From positions 99 through 64,098 of the forward strand of contig JANQLL010000164.1 in the NCBI GenBank assembly GCA_028280605.1: a stretch of DNA of 64,000 nucleotides, read 5' to 3'. This document shows positions 36,970 through 46,797 of this stretch, one piece after another; the stretch's first letter is position 1; every line of letters starts with the position of its first letter. The notes under the pieces were generated by a model. The model was not told the origin of the DNA. It did not search any database and saw nothing but the letters and a program-made list of their open reading frames with translations. The translations under genes and the position numbers were made by a program. The stretch comes from Candidatus Gastranaerophilales bacterium. GTDB lineage: Bacteria > Cyanobacteriota > Vampirovibrionia > Gastranaerophilales > JANQFW01.

Positions 36970-37744
36970 AATTATTGATTATAAAAAACAAGAAGTTGAA
37001 AAACAAAAAGCAGGGTTAGACTTAGATAAACTAAAAGAAAACTGTTTATTGTGTGAACCGATTATCAGCTTTGAAAAAAAATTCGAAAGATTTAAAAATA
37101 ATAACTCTGTAGCCCTAATTGCAGAGGTGAAAAAAGCATCACCTTCTAAAGGATTGATACGCAAAGATTTTAATCCTGTTCAAATAGCTAAAGAATATGA
37201 AAATAACGGTGCATGTGCTATTTCTGTATTAACTGACGAAAAATTTTTTCAAGGCAGTATCGAATACTTAAAACAAGTCCGCGAAGTGGTAAAAATACCA
37301 GTGCTTCGTAAAGATTTTATTATTGATCCTTTCCAGATATATCAAACAAGACTAATGAAGGCTGATATTATCTTATTAATAGTTTCTGCGCTTGGAGAAG
37401 CAACAACAACCGAATTTTATAATATCTCAAAACAAATTGGTCTTGATGTACTGGTAGAAGTCCATGATCAGCAAGAGTTTGATTTTGCTATGGAGCTTGG
37501 AGCTCCTATTATAGGCATTAATAATAGAAATCTAAACACTTTCGAGGTTTCTTTAGATAACACAATTAACCTGATAAAAAATAGAGACATCAGCAACCGA
37601 TATATTATCAGTGAATCAGGCATTTTTACTAATAGCGATGTTAATTATTTGCAAAGCAATAAAGTATCAGGCGTTCTTGTCGCTGAAAGCCTTATGTGCC
37701 AAGAAAATATCGGCAAAGCTGTGAAAAATTTAATGGTCTACTAA
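36953..37744 (+). CDS. trpC: Indole-3-glycerol phosphate synthase
   Basis: 263 aa. IAEVKKASPSKG, SVLTDEKFFQGS, PVLRKDFIIDPFQI and GINNRNL motifs. Confidence 0.92.
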   Translation: MSILNKIIDYKKQEVEKQKAGLDLDKLKENCLLCEPIISFEKKFERFKNNNSVALIAEVKKASPSKGLIRKDFNPVQIAKEYENNGACAISVLTDEKFFQGSIEYLKQVREVVKIPVLRKDFIIDPFQIYQTRLMKADIILLIVSALGEATTTEFYNISKQIGLDVLVEVHDQQEFDFAMELGAPIIGINNRNLNTFEVSLDNTINLIKNRDISNRYIISESGIFTNSDVNYLQSNKVSGVLVAESLMCQENIGKAVKNLMVY

Positions 37745-37788
37745 GTGTTTATCTATACTTAACTTACGGGCCAGCGAGTTTCTTTTTC

Positions 37789-38700
37789 TTATTTACACGG
37801 TATTATATGCTTTAGCCAATATTTAACAGGATCTATCGGTGTACCGTTTATATATAGCCCAAAATGCAAATGCGGTCCAGTTGAAAAGCCGGTAGTGCCT
37901 ACTTCACCAATTTTTTGATTAGCAGTGACTACATCACCTTGCTTTACATGTGTGTTTTTCATATGTATATAAAGAGAAATCAAGCCTTGTCCGTGGTCAA
38001 TTACAACGGTATTACCATGCAAGCGAAATCTTTCTGCCAGTAGAACCGTACCTTTAGCCACAGTATTAATTACTTGCCCTGAAGGAGCTTTTATATCTAT
38101 TCCTTTATGATAATTACCCGTAGGTTTGCCGTTATGATATCTTAGTAATCCGTATTTTGATATTAGGCAACCTTTTGTCGGAGAATCAAAAGGTACATCA
38201 TTCCAATATGCCTTACTGCTTAATGTTTTTTTAGCATTTGCAATAAGTCCCAGCTCTCTATTATCCGCAGACAGTGAACTTTTTTTACCTGATATTCTTA
38301 TGTTTTGTATTGGGAACTTCGACTTTGCCACTGTCAGGTTAAATTGTTTCTCCAATTTGCTCTCTTTGTCTCTTATTAATAGGTAATGTATACCTGTTTT
38401 TTCAATTGCGCTTATACCTAATAGCGCTTTATAGCTATTTTCACCTTTTTTGTAAATTTTATATTTTTTACCTTTAAAAAAATATACGGGATTTTTTAAA
38501 GGTTTCTCTGTTTCTATATCTATAACTACAGTTTCACCTTGTTTAACTTTTAATGAAGGTGATATTTCTATATTTATATTTTTATTTATATTTGCGCTAT
38601 AGCCGCTTATACATAGTAATGCTATTGAAAAGCCTGAAATAGCCGCTAAAATTTTAAATATTCTCAAAAATTTTCCTCCCATGGGATATATATCTTTCAT
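37789..38700 (-). CDS. M23 (LytM-type) metallopeptidase
   Basis: 303 aa with signal/anchor. YHKGIDIKAP (HxxxD) and TGPHLHFGLY (HxH) motifs. Confidence 0.85.
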   Translation of the reverse strand: MKDIYPMGGKFLRIFKILAAISGFSIALLCISGYSANINKNINIEISPSLKVKQGETVVIDIETEKPLKNPVYFFKGKKYKIYKKGENSYKALLGISAIEKTGIHYLLIRDKESKLEKQFNLTVAKSKFPIQNIRISGKKSSLSADNRELGLIANAKKTLSSKAYWNDVPFDSPTKGCLISKYGLLRYHNGKPTGNYHKGIDIKAPSGQVINTVAKGTVLLAERFRLHGNTVVIDHGQGLISLYIHMKNTHVKQGDVVTANQKIGEVGTTGFSTGPHLHFGLYINGTPIDPVKYWLKHIIPCK

Positions 38701-38946
38701 TTATTATCATAGCATATGCTTTTATTTCTCTTAGGACTGTTTATAAGGAGTTTTCAGTTATTTTACGGTATTTTTTTGTTTTTCTTTTTTTATTTTTAAC
38801 TTAAAATTAAAAATAAAATATATTAAATGGGGAATCAAGGTTAAGTAGGAAGCATTATAAGTTGAATAAGCGGGCAGGTAAGAGATAGGATGAATATCAC
38901 TAAAAATTTTAACGATAACCTTCTTTTGTGATAATATACGAGTATT

Positions 38947-40239
38947 ATGTTTATTGATAGAGTAAAAATTAAAGTAACCTCAGGAGCAGGTGGCAATGGA
39001 ATGGTTGCCTGGAGAAGAGAAAAATTTGTTGCAAAAGGCGGTCCTGCCGGCGGTGATGGTGGCAAAGGCGGAGATGTGTACCTTATTGCAGATAAAAGCC
39101 TGGCTACATTATTAGATTTTAAATATAAATCTATATTTTCTGCCGATAATGGTGAAAACGGCCGGATAAAAAATCAACACGGCAAAAGCGGCGATGATGT
39201 ATTTGTTAAAGTTCCTTGTGGAACTATAGTAAAAGATTTTCATTCAGGAAAAATAATTGGTGACCTTGTTAACGATGGTCAAAAACTCTTGGTTGCATCA
39301 GGAGGAAGAGGTGGTAGAGGAAATGCAAGATTTGTTTCTTCTATAAAAAAAGCTCCTCAATTTTGTGAACCTGGTGAACCTGGTATAGAAAGAGAATTGG
39401 AGTTTGAACTTAAGTTAATAGCAGATATTGGCTTGTTAGGATTTCCAAATGTGGGTAAGTCCACTTTAATAAGTGTTATAAGCGCTGCCAAGCCCAAAAT
39501 TGCTGATTACCCTTTTACGACATTAACTCCTAACTTAGGAGTAATTAAAAAGCCGGACGGTGGCGGTATAGTTATTGCTGATATTCCCGGATTAATTGAA
39601 GGCGCTAGCGAAGGTGTTGGCTTGGGGCATGAATTTTTAAGGCATGTTGAAAGAAATCGCCTTTTATTGCATTTATTAGACCTTACAGAAGATGATCCTG
39701 AAAACAATTTTGAAATAATTAACGATGAGCTTAAAAAATATGGCGGAAGGCTTGTTGATATCCCGCAAATCGTTGTATTAAATAAGATTGATTCTGTACT
39801 ACCGGAAAGAGTTAATGATATAAAAGCAATATTTGAACAAAAAGGATTTGAAGTATTTGCAATTTCAGCGGTTACAGGGCAGGGGACAAAAGAACTTGCC
39901 GGATATATGCTGGAAAAAATAGATAAAATACCTGTGCCTGAGCTGGATATTAAAATAGAAGAAGATTATGATGCATATGATCACGATGATAGCGGATTTG
40001 TAGCTTATAAAGATAAAAAAATCTTTGTGGTCGAAGGTGGCAAAGTTGAACGTCTTGTAGGGGTTACAGACTTAAGAAATACTGATGCAGTATTTAGGTT
40101 ACAAAATATACTAAAAGCAATGGGTGTCTTTAACGCATTAAAAGAGACAGGACTAAAAGATGGAGATATCATAAGAATAGGAAAATTAGAATTTACTTAT
40201 TATGACGACGAAGTAGGAGAGACAGACGATGAAGGATAA
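38947..40239 (+). CDS. obg: GTPase Obg/CgtA
   Basis: 430 aa. MFIDRVKI..GGNG Gly-rich Obg fold. G1 GFPNVGKST and NKID motifs. C-terminal OCT-like domain. Confidence 0.93.
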   Translation: MFIDRVKIKVTSGAGGNGMVAWRREKFVAKGGPAGGDGGKGGDVYLIADKSLATLLDFKYKSIFSADNGENGRIKNQHGKSGDDVFVKVPCGTIVKDFHSGKIIGDLVNDGQKLLVASGGRGGRGNARFVSSIKKAPQFCEPGEPGIERELEFELKLIADIGLLGFPNVGKSTLISVISAAKPKIADYPFTTLTPNLGVIKKPDGGGIVIADIPGLIEGASEGVGLGHEFLRHVERNRLLLHLLDLTEDDPENNFEIINDELKKYGGRLVDIPQIVVLNKIDSVLPERVNDIKAIFEQKGFEVFAISAVTGQGTKELAGYMLEKIDKIPVPELDIKIEEDYDAYDHDDSGFVAYKDKKIFVVEGGKVERLVGVTDLRNTDAVFRLQNILKAMGVFNALKETGLKDGDIIRIGKLEFTYYDDEVGETDDEG

Positions 40240-41401
40240 GCAATTTTTAATGATTCCAGGACCAACGCCAGTACCGGAAACCGCACTACAAGCAATGGCT
40301 AAGCATCCTTTAGGGCATAGAAGTAAAGAATTTTCTGCTATTTTAAAACAAGTTTTTCAAGATTTAAAATGGCTCTTTCAAACCCAAGAGGATGTTTTTA
40401 TTTATACATCAAGCGGTACCGGCGCTATGGAAGCTGCTATTTATAATTTAGTTAACACTGGCGATAAGGTGCTTTCGCTTGTTATTGGCAATTTTGGTGA
40501 AAGATGGGCAAAAATTGCTGAATCCAGAGGCGCAAACGTAGAAAAATTAACAGTAGACTGGGGATGTGCAATTAATCCTCAGGATTTAAAAGAAAAATTA
40601 GCTGTTGATAAAAATAAAGAGATAAAATTTGTTACCCTGACGCATAATGAAACTTCAACAGGCGTAACAAATGATCTAAAAGCTTTAAATGATATAATTC
40701 AAGAACATGGCGCACTATCTATTGTTGATGGTATAACCAGTATAGGTGCTTTACCATTTAAAATGGATGAATGGGGCATAGATGTTATTGTATCTGGTAG
40801 CCAAAAAGGTTTTATGATACCTCCGGGCTTGGCATTCTTGGCATGTAGCCAAAAAGCATGGAAGATGTACGAACAGTGCAAGTATCCGAGTTTTTACTTT
40901 GATTTTGCTGCTTATAAAAAGAATGCACAAAAAGATACAACTCCTTATACTCCTGCTGTTTCACTAATTACAGCACTTGGCGAAACCTTGAAAATGATGA
41001 AGGAAGAGGGCTTAGATAATATCCACGCAAGACATGCCAAAATAGCAAATGGGCTTAGAGCTGCGGTTGAGGCAATGGGCCTTGATTTATTTGTAAAGGA
41101 TGAAAGTGTAAGAAGTGATGTAATTGTTGCGATACAACCTCCTGAAGGAATAAGCGTAGCAGATATAAGAAAAGGCCTTAAAGACGATTTTGATATTGTT
41201 GTTGCGGACGGTCAAGGTCAATTAAAAGGTAAAATTTTTAGAATAGGCAATTTAGGCTTTGTCTGCGAGAGAGATATGATAGCAACAATTGGCGCACTGG
41301 AAATTGTTCTTGCAAGGTTAGGGCATAAGCTTGATAAAGGTAAAGCTACAGCTGCTTTTATAGAGGCTGTTATGAATGAATATACTACCTCAAAAGTTTA
41401 A
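40229..41401 (+). CDS. Class V aminotransferase (AGXT / serine-pyruvate family; plausibly phosphoserine aminotransferase given linkage to serA)
   Basis: 390 aa. LMIPGPTPVP N-terminus and the PLP-lysine motif SGSQKGFM. Directly upstream of serA. Confidence 0.75.
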   Translation: MKDKQFLMIPGPTPVPETALQAMAKHPLGHRSKEFSAILKQVFQDLKWLFQTQEDVFIYTSSGTGAMEAAIYNLVNTGDKVLSLVIGNFGERWAKIAESRGANVEKLTVDWGCAINPQDLKEKLAVDKNKEIKFVTLTHNETSTGVTNDLKALNDIIQEHGALSIVDGITSIGALPFKMDEWGIDVIVSGSQKGFMIPPGLAFLACSQKAWKMYEQCKYPSFYFDFAAYKKNAQKDTTPYTPAVSLITALGETLKMMKEEGLDNIHARHAKIANGLRAAVEAMGLDLFVKDESVRSDVIVAIQPPEGISVADIRKGLKDDFDIVVADGQGQLKGKIFRIGNLGFVCERDMIATIGALEIVLARLGHKLDKGKATAAFIEAVMNEYTTSKV

Positions 41402-41470
41402 TCGATTAGTAAGTAGATAATAAAAAATTATTATAATTAGTTTCCTTAGAAGGATTTTAAGGAGAAAGGC

Positions 41471-43096
41471 ATGCAATTTAAAGTATTAATAACAGATAAA
41501 ATTGATCAAGTTGCCGGCGATATTTTAAAAAATATTGCTCAAGTTGATTATCTGGAAACACTACCAGAGGATAAACTTGCTGAAACTATTGGAGAGTACG
41601 ACGCTTTAATGGTAAGAAGCCAGACAAAAGTTACTCCTAAAATATTAGAAGCCGGTAATAAACTAAAAATTGTAGGCAGAGCCGGTGTAGGAGTTGATAA
41701 TATTAATATAGATGAAGCCACTAAAAAAGGGGTTATTGTTGTTAATTCTCCTGATGGTAACACTACAGCTGCTGCAGAACACACAGTAGCTATGCTTCTT
41801 TCTATGACAAGACATATACCGGAAGCTGATAAATCAACTAAGCAAGGTAAGTGGGAAAGATCTAAATTTACTGGAACCGAAGTTTTTAATAAAAAGCTTG
41901 GTGTTATTGGTCTTGGTAAAATAGGCTCAAGGGTTACCAAGGCAGCTATTGCACTTGGTATGAAAGTTATGGTTTGTGATCCTTATGCTTCTCAAGAAAA
42001 AATTGAGGAACTTGGCGCAACTTGCATAAAAAGTTTAGATGACTTATGGCCTGTATGTGATTTTCTTACTATACATGCCCCAAAAACAAGAGAAACAGCT
42101 CATTTAATTAATAAAAACACCTTAAACAGAATGAAGCGTGGTGTTAGAATTGTAAACTGTGCCAGAGGCGGTATTATTGATGAGCAAGCTCTTAAAGATG
42201 CTGTTGAGTCAGGGCATGTTGCAGCTGCAGCGATAGATGTTTTTGATGGTGAGCCTATATCTCATGAAAACCCTTTGTTAGGATGTAAAGGTAATTTAAT
42301 CTTAACTCCTCACTTAGGAGCAAGCACTAAAGAAGCCCAAATTAATGTTGCTGTTGATGTTGCTGAGCAAATCAGAGATGTATTATCAGGCAAATCAGCA
42401 AGAAGCGCTGTAAATATACCTGCACTTAAAGCTGATTTATTAGAGCCGGTTAAACCTTATATGAACTTAGCTGAAAATATTGGCGCATTAGTAAGCCAAA
42501 TTACAGATGGGGCAGTCAAGTCCATAAAAATCACAGCTAAAGGCAAATTAGCCGAGCAAGATACTTCTCCTTTAAAGATAGCTGTTTTAAAAGGAATTTT
42601 ATCTACTGCTATTGAAGGTGTTAACTATGTTAATGCGCCAATTATCGCAAAATCCAGAGGTATTGAAGTAATCGATTCTCGTTGTGAGCAATGCGAAAAC
42701 TATGTTGGATTAATAACTGTTGAAGTTGTTACTGATAAAGGCACAAGACAGGTTAGCGGTGCTTTAATCGCCCACGGCTTACCACGAATAGTTAAAATTA
42801 ACGAATACAATACCAGCATTGCACCTGTTGATCATATTTTAATAGTTCCTCACGTTGATAAGCCGGGTATGGTTGCTAAAGTTGCTACTATATTAGGGAC
42901 TAACAATGTAAACATAAGTATGATGCAGGTGTCAAGAAAGCCCAATTCTCAAAACAAAGAATCAATCATGGTTATAAATACAGATGAAGCTGTTGCTGAT
43001 AACTTATTAGAAGAAATCAAAACAATAGATGGCGTTACAAACGCCCGCTATGTAAGTTTAAATCCTGAGAAAAATTCTGGTAATAATATAGACTAA
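41471..43096 (+). CDS. serA: D-3-phosphoglycerate dehydrogenase (long form with ASB and ACT domains)
   Basis: 541 aa. GVIGLGKIGSRV NAD motif, catalytic R/E/H pattern (NCARGG.., TPHLGAST), and a C-terminal ACT-like HVDKPGMVAKV. Confidence 0.92.
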   Translation: MQFKVLITDKIDQVAGDILKNIAQVDYLETLPEDKLAETIGEYDALMVRSQTKVTPKILEAGNKLKIVGRAGVGVDNINIDEATKKGVIVVNSPDGNTTAAAEHTVAMLLSMTRHIPEADKSTKQGKWERSKFTGTEVFNKKLGVIGLGKIGSRVTKAAIALGMKVMVCDPYASQEKIEELGATCIKSLDDLWPVCDFLTIHAPKTRETAHLINKNTLNRMKRGVRIVNCARGGIIDEQALKDAVESGHVAAAAIDVFDGEPISHENPLLGCKGNLILTPHLGASTKEAQINVAVDVAEQIRDVLSGKSARSAVNIPALKADLLEPVKPYMNLAENIGALVSQITDGAVKSIKITAKGKLAEQDTSPLKIAVLKGILSTAIEGVNYVNAPIIAKSRGIEVIDSRCEQCENYVGLITVEVVTDKGTRQVSGALIAHGLPRIVKINEYNTSIAPVDHILIVPHVDKPGMVAKVATILGTNNVNISMMQVSRKPNSQNKESIMVINTDEAVADNLLEEIKTIDGVTNARYVSLNPEKNSGNNID

Positions 43097-43100
43097 ATAT

Positions 43101-43123
43101 TAAGGCCGAATGAATCAGCCTTA
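43101..43123. terminator. Hairpin TAAGGC-11 nt-GCCTTA between convergent serA and the coiled-coil gene
   Basis: 6-bp stem at 43101-43106 / 43118-43123, followed by TAAGTATTTT on the plus strand. Confidence 0.4.
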
Positions 43124-43131
43124 TAAGTATT

Positions 43132-44211
43132 TTAATATTTAGCTTTTAAAGAGGAGAGATAGTTATTTATTATCTCTCTTTCTTTTTTATCTTTAGTTAT
43201 TTTTAGATAATTATTCAGAATTTTTAATGTATTTTGCTTGTTATTAGTTTCTGCATAAGCAATACCTAAGTATAAATGAGCAGGTTGAAACCCAGGATTG
43301 ACTTGCAAGGTTTTATTATAGTTAAAAATAGCTTTTTTGTAGTTTTTATTATCATGATAAGCTCTTGCTAGACTATAATAAGAGATATCAGGTTTAACAT
43401 TATTTTGGGTTAAGTGAGCTATTATTTTTTCGTCTGGATTAGAGCACTTTTTATTTTTTAATGAATAAATCTTAGTATTTGCTTTATAAATAGTATTATT
43501 TAATTTTTTTATTTTGCTTGAGTTTGCGATATTGATTGTTTGAATTTGGCTTGAAAGCATCGAATTGTCATCTTTAAGTGTTTTTATTTTTTTATTAGCA
43601 GAAGTTAAGGCATTTTTCAGTTCTAGTTCTTTCATTAATAATTTTTGTTGCATTGAGTTTGATTGTTTTATTAATTTATTAATTTCCATTTCTTTTTTTG
43701 TTATTAAACTCAATAATTCTGTTGAAGATTTGTTATTTGACGATGCAAGTTCGCTAGACAGCTTTTCAATCTTTTTTTCTTTCACCAATAATTTTTGTTG
43801 CATTAAGTTTGATTGTTTTGTTAATTTATTAATTTCTATTTCTTTTTGGGTTATTAAACTCAATAATTCTGTTGAAGATTTGTTATTTGACGATGCAAGT
43901 TCGTTAGATAATTTTTTAATCTCTTTTTCTTTAGAAATTATAGTTTCTTGCAAAGAATTTTCTTGCTCTTTTAATTTTTTACATTTTTTTTCTAATTCTT
44001 TAATTTTTTTAATATAAGTAAAATTTTTGTCATATAATTCAGAAATTTCTTTTTGTGCGCTAATTAACTGATATTGAATGCTTGAAGCCTTATTATTGCT
44101 AAAAGTTGCTTTTGGCTCTACAGACTGAGCATTCAAGCCAGTTGTTGATAATATTAAAAAAGATAAAAACATCATAATAGCATAAGGTTTTATGGTATAT
44201 TTTTTTCTCAT
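43132..44211 (-). CDS. Secreted/lipoprotein-like coiled-coil protein with C-terminal TPR repeats
   Basis: 359 aa with a signal-like N-terminus. Long Lys/Glu/Leu coiled coil containing a duplicated 50-aa unit. C-terminal YSLARAYHDNKNYKKAIFNYNKTLQVNP.. TPR pattern. Confidence 0.65.
   Translation of the reverse strand: MRKKYTIKPYAIMMFLSFLILSTTGLNAQSVEPKATFSNNKASSIQYQLISAQKEISELYDKNFTYIKKIKELEKKCKKLKEQENSLQETIISKEKEIKKLSNELASSNNKSSTELLSLITQKEIEINKLTKQSNLMQQKLLVKEKKIEKLSSELASSNNKSSTELLSLITKKEMEINKLIKQSNSMQQKLLMKELELKNALTSANKKIKTLKDDNSMLSSQIQTINIANSSKIKKLNNTIYKANTKIYSLKNKKCSNPDEKIIAHLTQNNVKPDISYYSLARAYHDNKNYKKAIFNYNKTLQVNPGFQPAHLYLGIAYAETNNKQNTLKILNNYLKITKDKKEREIINNYLSSLKAKY
43621..43920 (-). repeat. 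Near-identical 150-bp tandem duplication (2 x 50 codons) within the coiled-coil gene
   Basis: aa 98-147 (IKKLSNELASSNNKSSTELLSLITQKEIEINKLTKQSNLMQQKLLVKEKK) against aa 148-197 (IEKLSSELASSNNKSSTELLSLITKKEMEINKLIKQSNSMQQKLLMKELE). The DNA-level repeat is also visible. Confidence 0.85.
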
Positions 44212-44431
44212 ATCATTTTATCCTTTAAATTTTTTTAATATTTCTTGAAAAGTAGCTTTTTAAATATTGTTTATTTACAAATAAAATATTATAATAGTTT
44301 TAATAGTTTAAAATTATCTTAAATTTAAGTGAACTTTGAATAATTTTAAATAACCCTTTTGATTAATATATAGATTTAAGAATTATCTTATTTTTATAAT
44401 TCCAATTTGCCCTAGTGAGCTAGTACATTAA

Positions 44432-44490
44432 ATCTAAAGTACTTTTTCAGATTATTATATCTAATAATAAAAACTATACTCTGAAAAGAC
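44432..44490 (+). repeat. Copy C (shorter) of the hairpin-forming intergenic repeat, 173 nt upstream of the first HD-GYP gene
   Basis: ATCTAAAGTACTTTTTCAGATTATTATATCTAATAATAAAAACTATACTCTGAAAAGAC. Shares both conserved arms with copies A and B, with a shorter loop. Confidence 0.7.
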
Positions 44491-44663
44491 AAATACCAAA
44501 ATAAATTAAATGAGTAGTCTAAAAACAGTTAATCATATAAATTCTGTATTTCTACTTAATTTTTACAGTTATCCTTTGAATATGTTCAACAGTTGTAGTA
44601 AAATTATTTATAAAATATATTAATAGCGCACCTCAGGAATAGAAAATATCAGGAGATTTTTTG

Positions 44664-45599
44664 ATGAGACGAGTGATGCCCCTTGAGTTAGTAGGTTTAA
44701 AAAAATTAGATTATGATTTATATGATGAAAGCGGCGAATTGATCTATACAAAAGGTGAAAGTATTACTCCTGAGTTCTTAATGGCACTAAATTTTAAAAA
44801 GATTTATAAACTTGACGAAGGTTTTTCTTTAGATTTTACTGAAATAAAATCTCTTGATAAATATTATCACCAAAATCAAATAACTATAATTTCTGAAAAA
44901 ATAGCCGTGGATTCTTTAAACCTTACCAGATCAGCATTGAAACAGGCTTATGACGGAAAAGTTGTTAGCAGAATAAACTGTGTAAAGGCCAGTCAGCTAA
45001 TATACAATGAAGTAGTAAAAAAAATTAATAAAATCAGTTGTATTTCAGAGTTAAGAATACACGATGATTACTTATTTTCTCATTCAGTTAATGTTGCATC
45101 ATTGAGTATTGCACTTGGCATAGCATTAGATCTTAATGAGAGTGAACTGAAAGAATTAGCAATTGCGGCATTTTTGCACGACATAGGTAAGATGAAAATT
45201 CCACTGGAAATTTTAAATAAACCTGGCATTCTTGCTCCTGATGAATTTAACATCATAAAAGATCATTCATTGTATGGATATGAAATGGTTTTAGAAATGG
45301 GCGAATCTGAAAAAGTTGCAAAAGTAGCCTTAGAGCACCAAGAAAGAAATAATGGCGAAGGTTATCCATTTAAACTAAAAGGTGATGATATTTCTTTATA
45401 TGGTCAAATTGTTGCTGTAACTGATGTATATGATGCTCTTGTTTCTGATAGAGTTTATAAAAAAGCGGTTGATTCTTCTGATGCTCTTCGAATAATGATG
45501 TTGGAAGGAGATAAATCGTTTAATCCTAAAATATTAAATTCTTTTGTGTACTTTGTAGTGGTACAAAATTCAAAACAAAACGTTGGTAATATAGATTAG
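44664..45599 (+). CDS. HD-GYP domain protein (putative c-di-GMP phosphodiesterase), paralog 1
   Basis: HSVNVASL, FLHDIGKMKIP, LEHQERNNGEGYP, VTDVYDALVSDRVYK. ATG 44664 preferred (AGGAG RBS 8 nt upstream; matches the paralog N-terminus MRRV..LELVG). Confidence 0.82.
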   Translation: MRRVMPLELVGLKKLDYDLYDESGELIYTKGESITPEFLMALNFKKIYKLDEGFSLDFTEIKSLDKYYHQNQITIISEKIAVDSLNLTRSALKQAYDGKVVSRINCVKASQLIYNEVVKKINKISCISELRIHDDYLFSHSVNVASLSIALGIALDLNESELKELAIAAFLHDIGKMKIPLEILNKPGILAPDEFNIIKDHSLYGYEMVLEMGESEKVAKVALEHQERNNGEGYPFKLKGDDISLYGQIVAVTDVYDALVSDRVYKKAVDSSDALRIMMLEGDKSFNPKILNSFVYFVVVQNSKQNVGNID

Positions 45600-45664
45600 C
45601 ATTTTAATTTATTAAAATTAATGTTATAATAGAAATAACATTTTATCTGGAGTAGGAGATTATC

Positions 45665-46642
45665 ATGAGAAGAGTTATAGCTCTTGAATTAGTAGGTCAA
45701 AGTCAATTAGAATATGACTTGTACGATGAAAATGGTGAAATTATATATAATAAAGGTGATATCTTATCTCCAGACTTCATAATGATGTTAAATTTTAAAA
45801 AGGTCTACAAGTCAGATGTACCGGCATGTACTAAAACTCAAGAAGTTCTAAAAGCTCAAGAAGAAACTACTGATAAAAAAGCAGAATTGCCTAAAGTAAA
45901 TATTATAAAATCTAAAGAAAAGCCTTCTCTTATATCGCCTACTGCAAAAAAATATACAATGGGTACCTCAAGAAGTATGGTATCGGCTATTTATGATGGC
46001 AAACTACCAAATGAAAAAGAGTGTGATAAAGCTGCTGATGTAATTATAGAAGAAGTCGTCACTAAATTAGATAATTTTGAATGTATTTCCCAATTAAGAG
46101 TTTATGATGAATATATTTACTCGCATTCTGTTAACGTTGCATCATTAAGTGCTGCATTAGGAAAAACATTAAACCTGGAACCGGAAAAAATAAAAGAACT
46201 AACACTAGGTGCTTTTTTACATGATATTGGTAAAATGAAAATTCCACGTGAAATTTTAAATAAACCTGGGGCTTTGACTAAAGACGAGTATCAGTATATT
46301 AAAAATCATGCAGTTTATGGTTATGAAATTGTAAAGGATATGGGGCAGCCTGAAGTCATAGCAAAAGTAGCATTAGAACATCAAGAACGATTTAATGGCG
46401 AAGGTTATCCAAATAACTTAAAAGGTAATGAGATATCATTGTACGGTCAAATATCTGCAATTTCTGATGTGTATGATGCACTTGTGTCTGAGCGTGTTTA
46501 TAAAAATTCTGTAATTTCTCCTGATGCATTAAGAGTTATGCTATCAGAAGGAAAAGATTCTTTTAATCCCGATATTTTAAATAAATTTGTATATCTTGCT
46601 GTTGTCCAGGCAACAAAGTCAAGTGGAGGATATACTTGTTAG
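45665..46642 (+). CDS. HD-GYP domain protein, paralog 2
   Basis: Same motifs (FLHDIGKMKIP, LEHQERFNGEGYP, ISDVYDALVSERVYK). The N-terminal 50 aa are highly similar to paralog 1. Confidence 0.82.
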   Translation: MRRVIALELVGQSQLEYDLYDENGEIIYNKGDILSPDFIMMLNFKKVYKSDVPACTKTQEVLKAQEETTDKKAELPKVNIIKSKEKPSLISPTAKKYTMGTSRSMVSAIYDGKLPNEKECDKAADVIIEEVVTKLDNFECISQLRVYDEYIYSHSVNVASLSAALGKTLNLEPEKIKELTLGAFLHDIGKMKIPREILNKPGALTKDEYQYIKNHAVYGYEIVKDMGQPEVIAKVALEHQERFNGEGYPNNLKGNEISLYGQISAISDVYDALVSERVYKNSVISPDALRVMLSEGKDSFNPDILNKFVYLAVVQATKSSGGYTC

Positions 46643-46797
46643 GGTAATTACCATTAAACTATTAACTTTCAAACTTTAAATTTCAATCTATTCAAATCTA
46701 TAGAGCATTCCAAGATAAACAAAATGCCCTTAGCTACTTTACGCATTATTTTTTTTTCAAAATATTATAAGCTTAAAGTGTATAAGCTGAGGGCATT

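Noticed and set aside
38841-39065. 74-aa minus-strand ORF overlapping the obg start.
   Set aside because: It is the Pro/Ala-rich reverse translation of the Gly-rich Obg fold (GGNG...GGDGGKGG). Obg is unambiguous.
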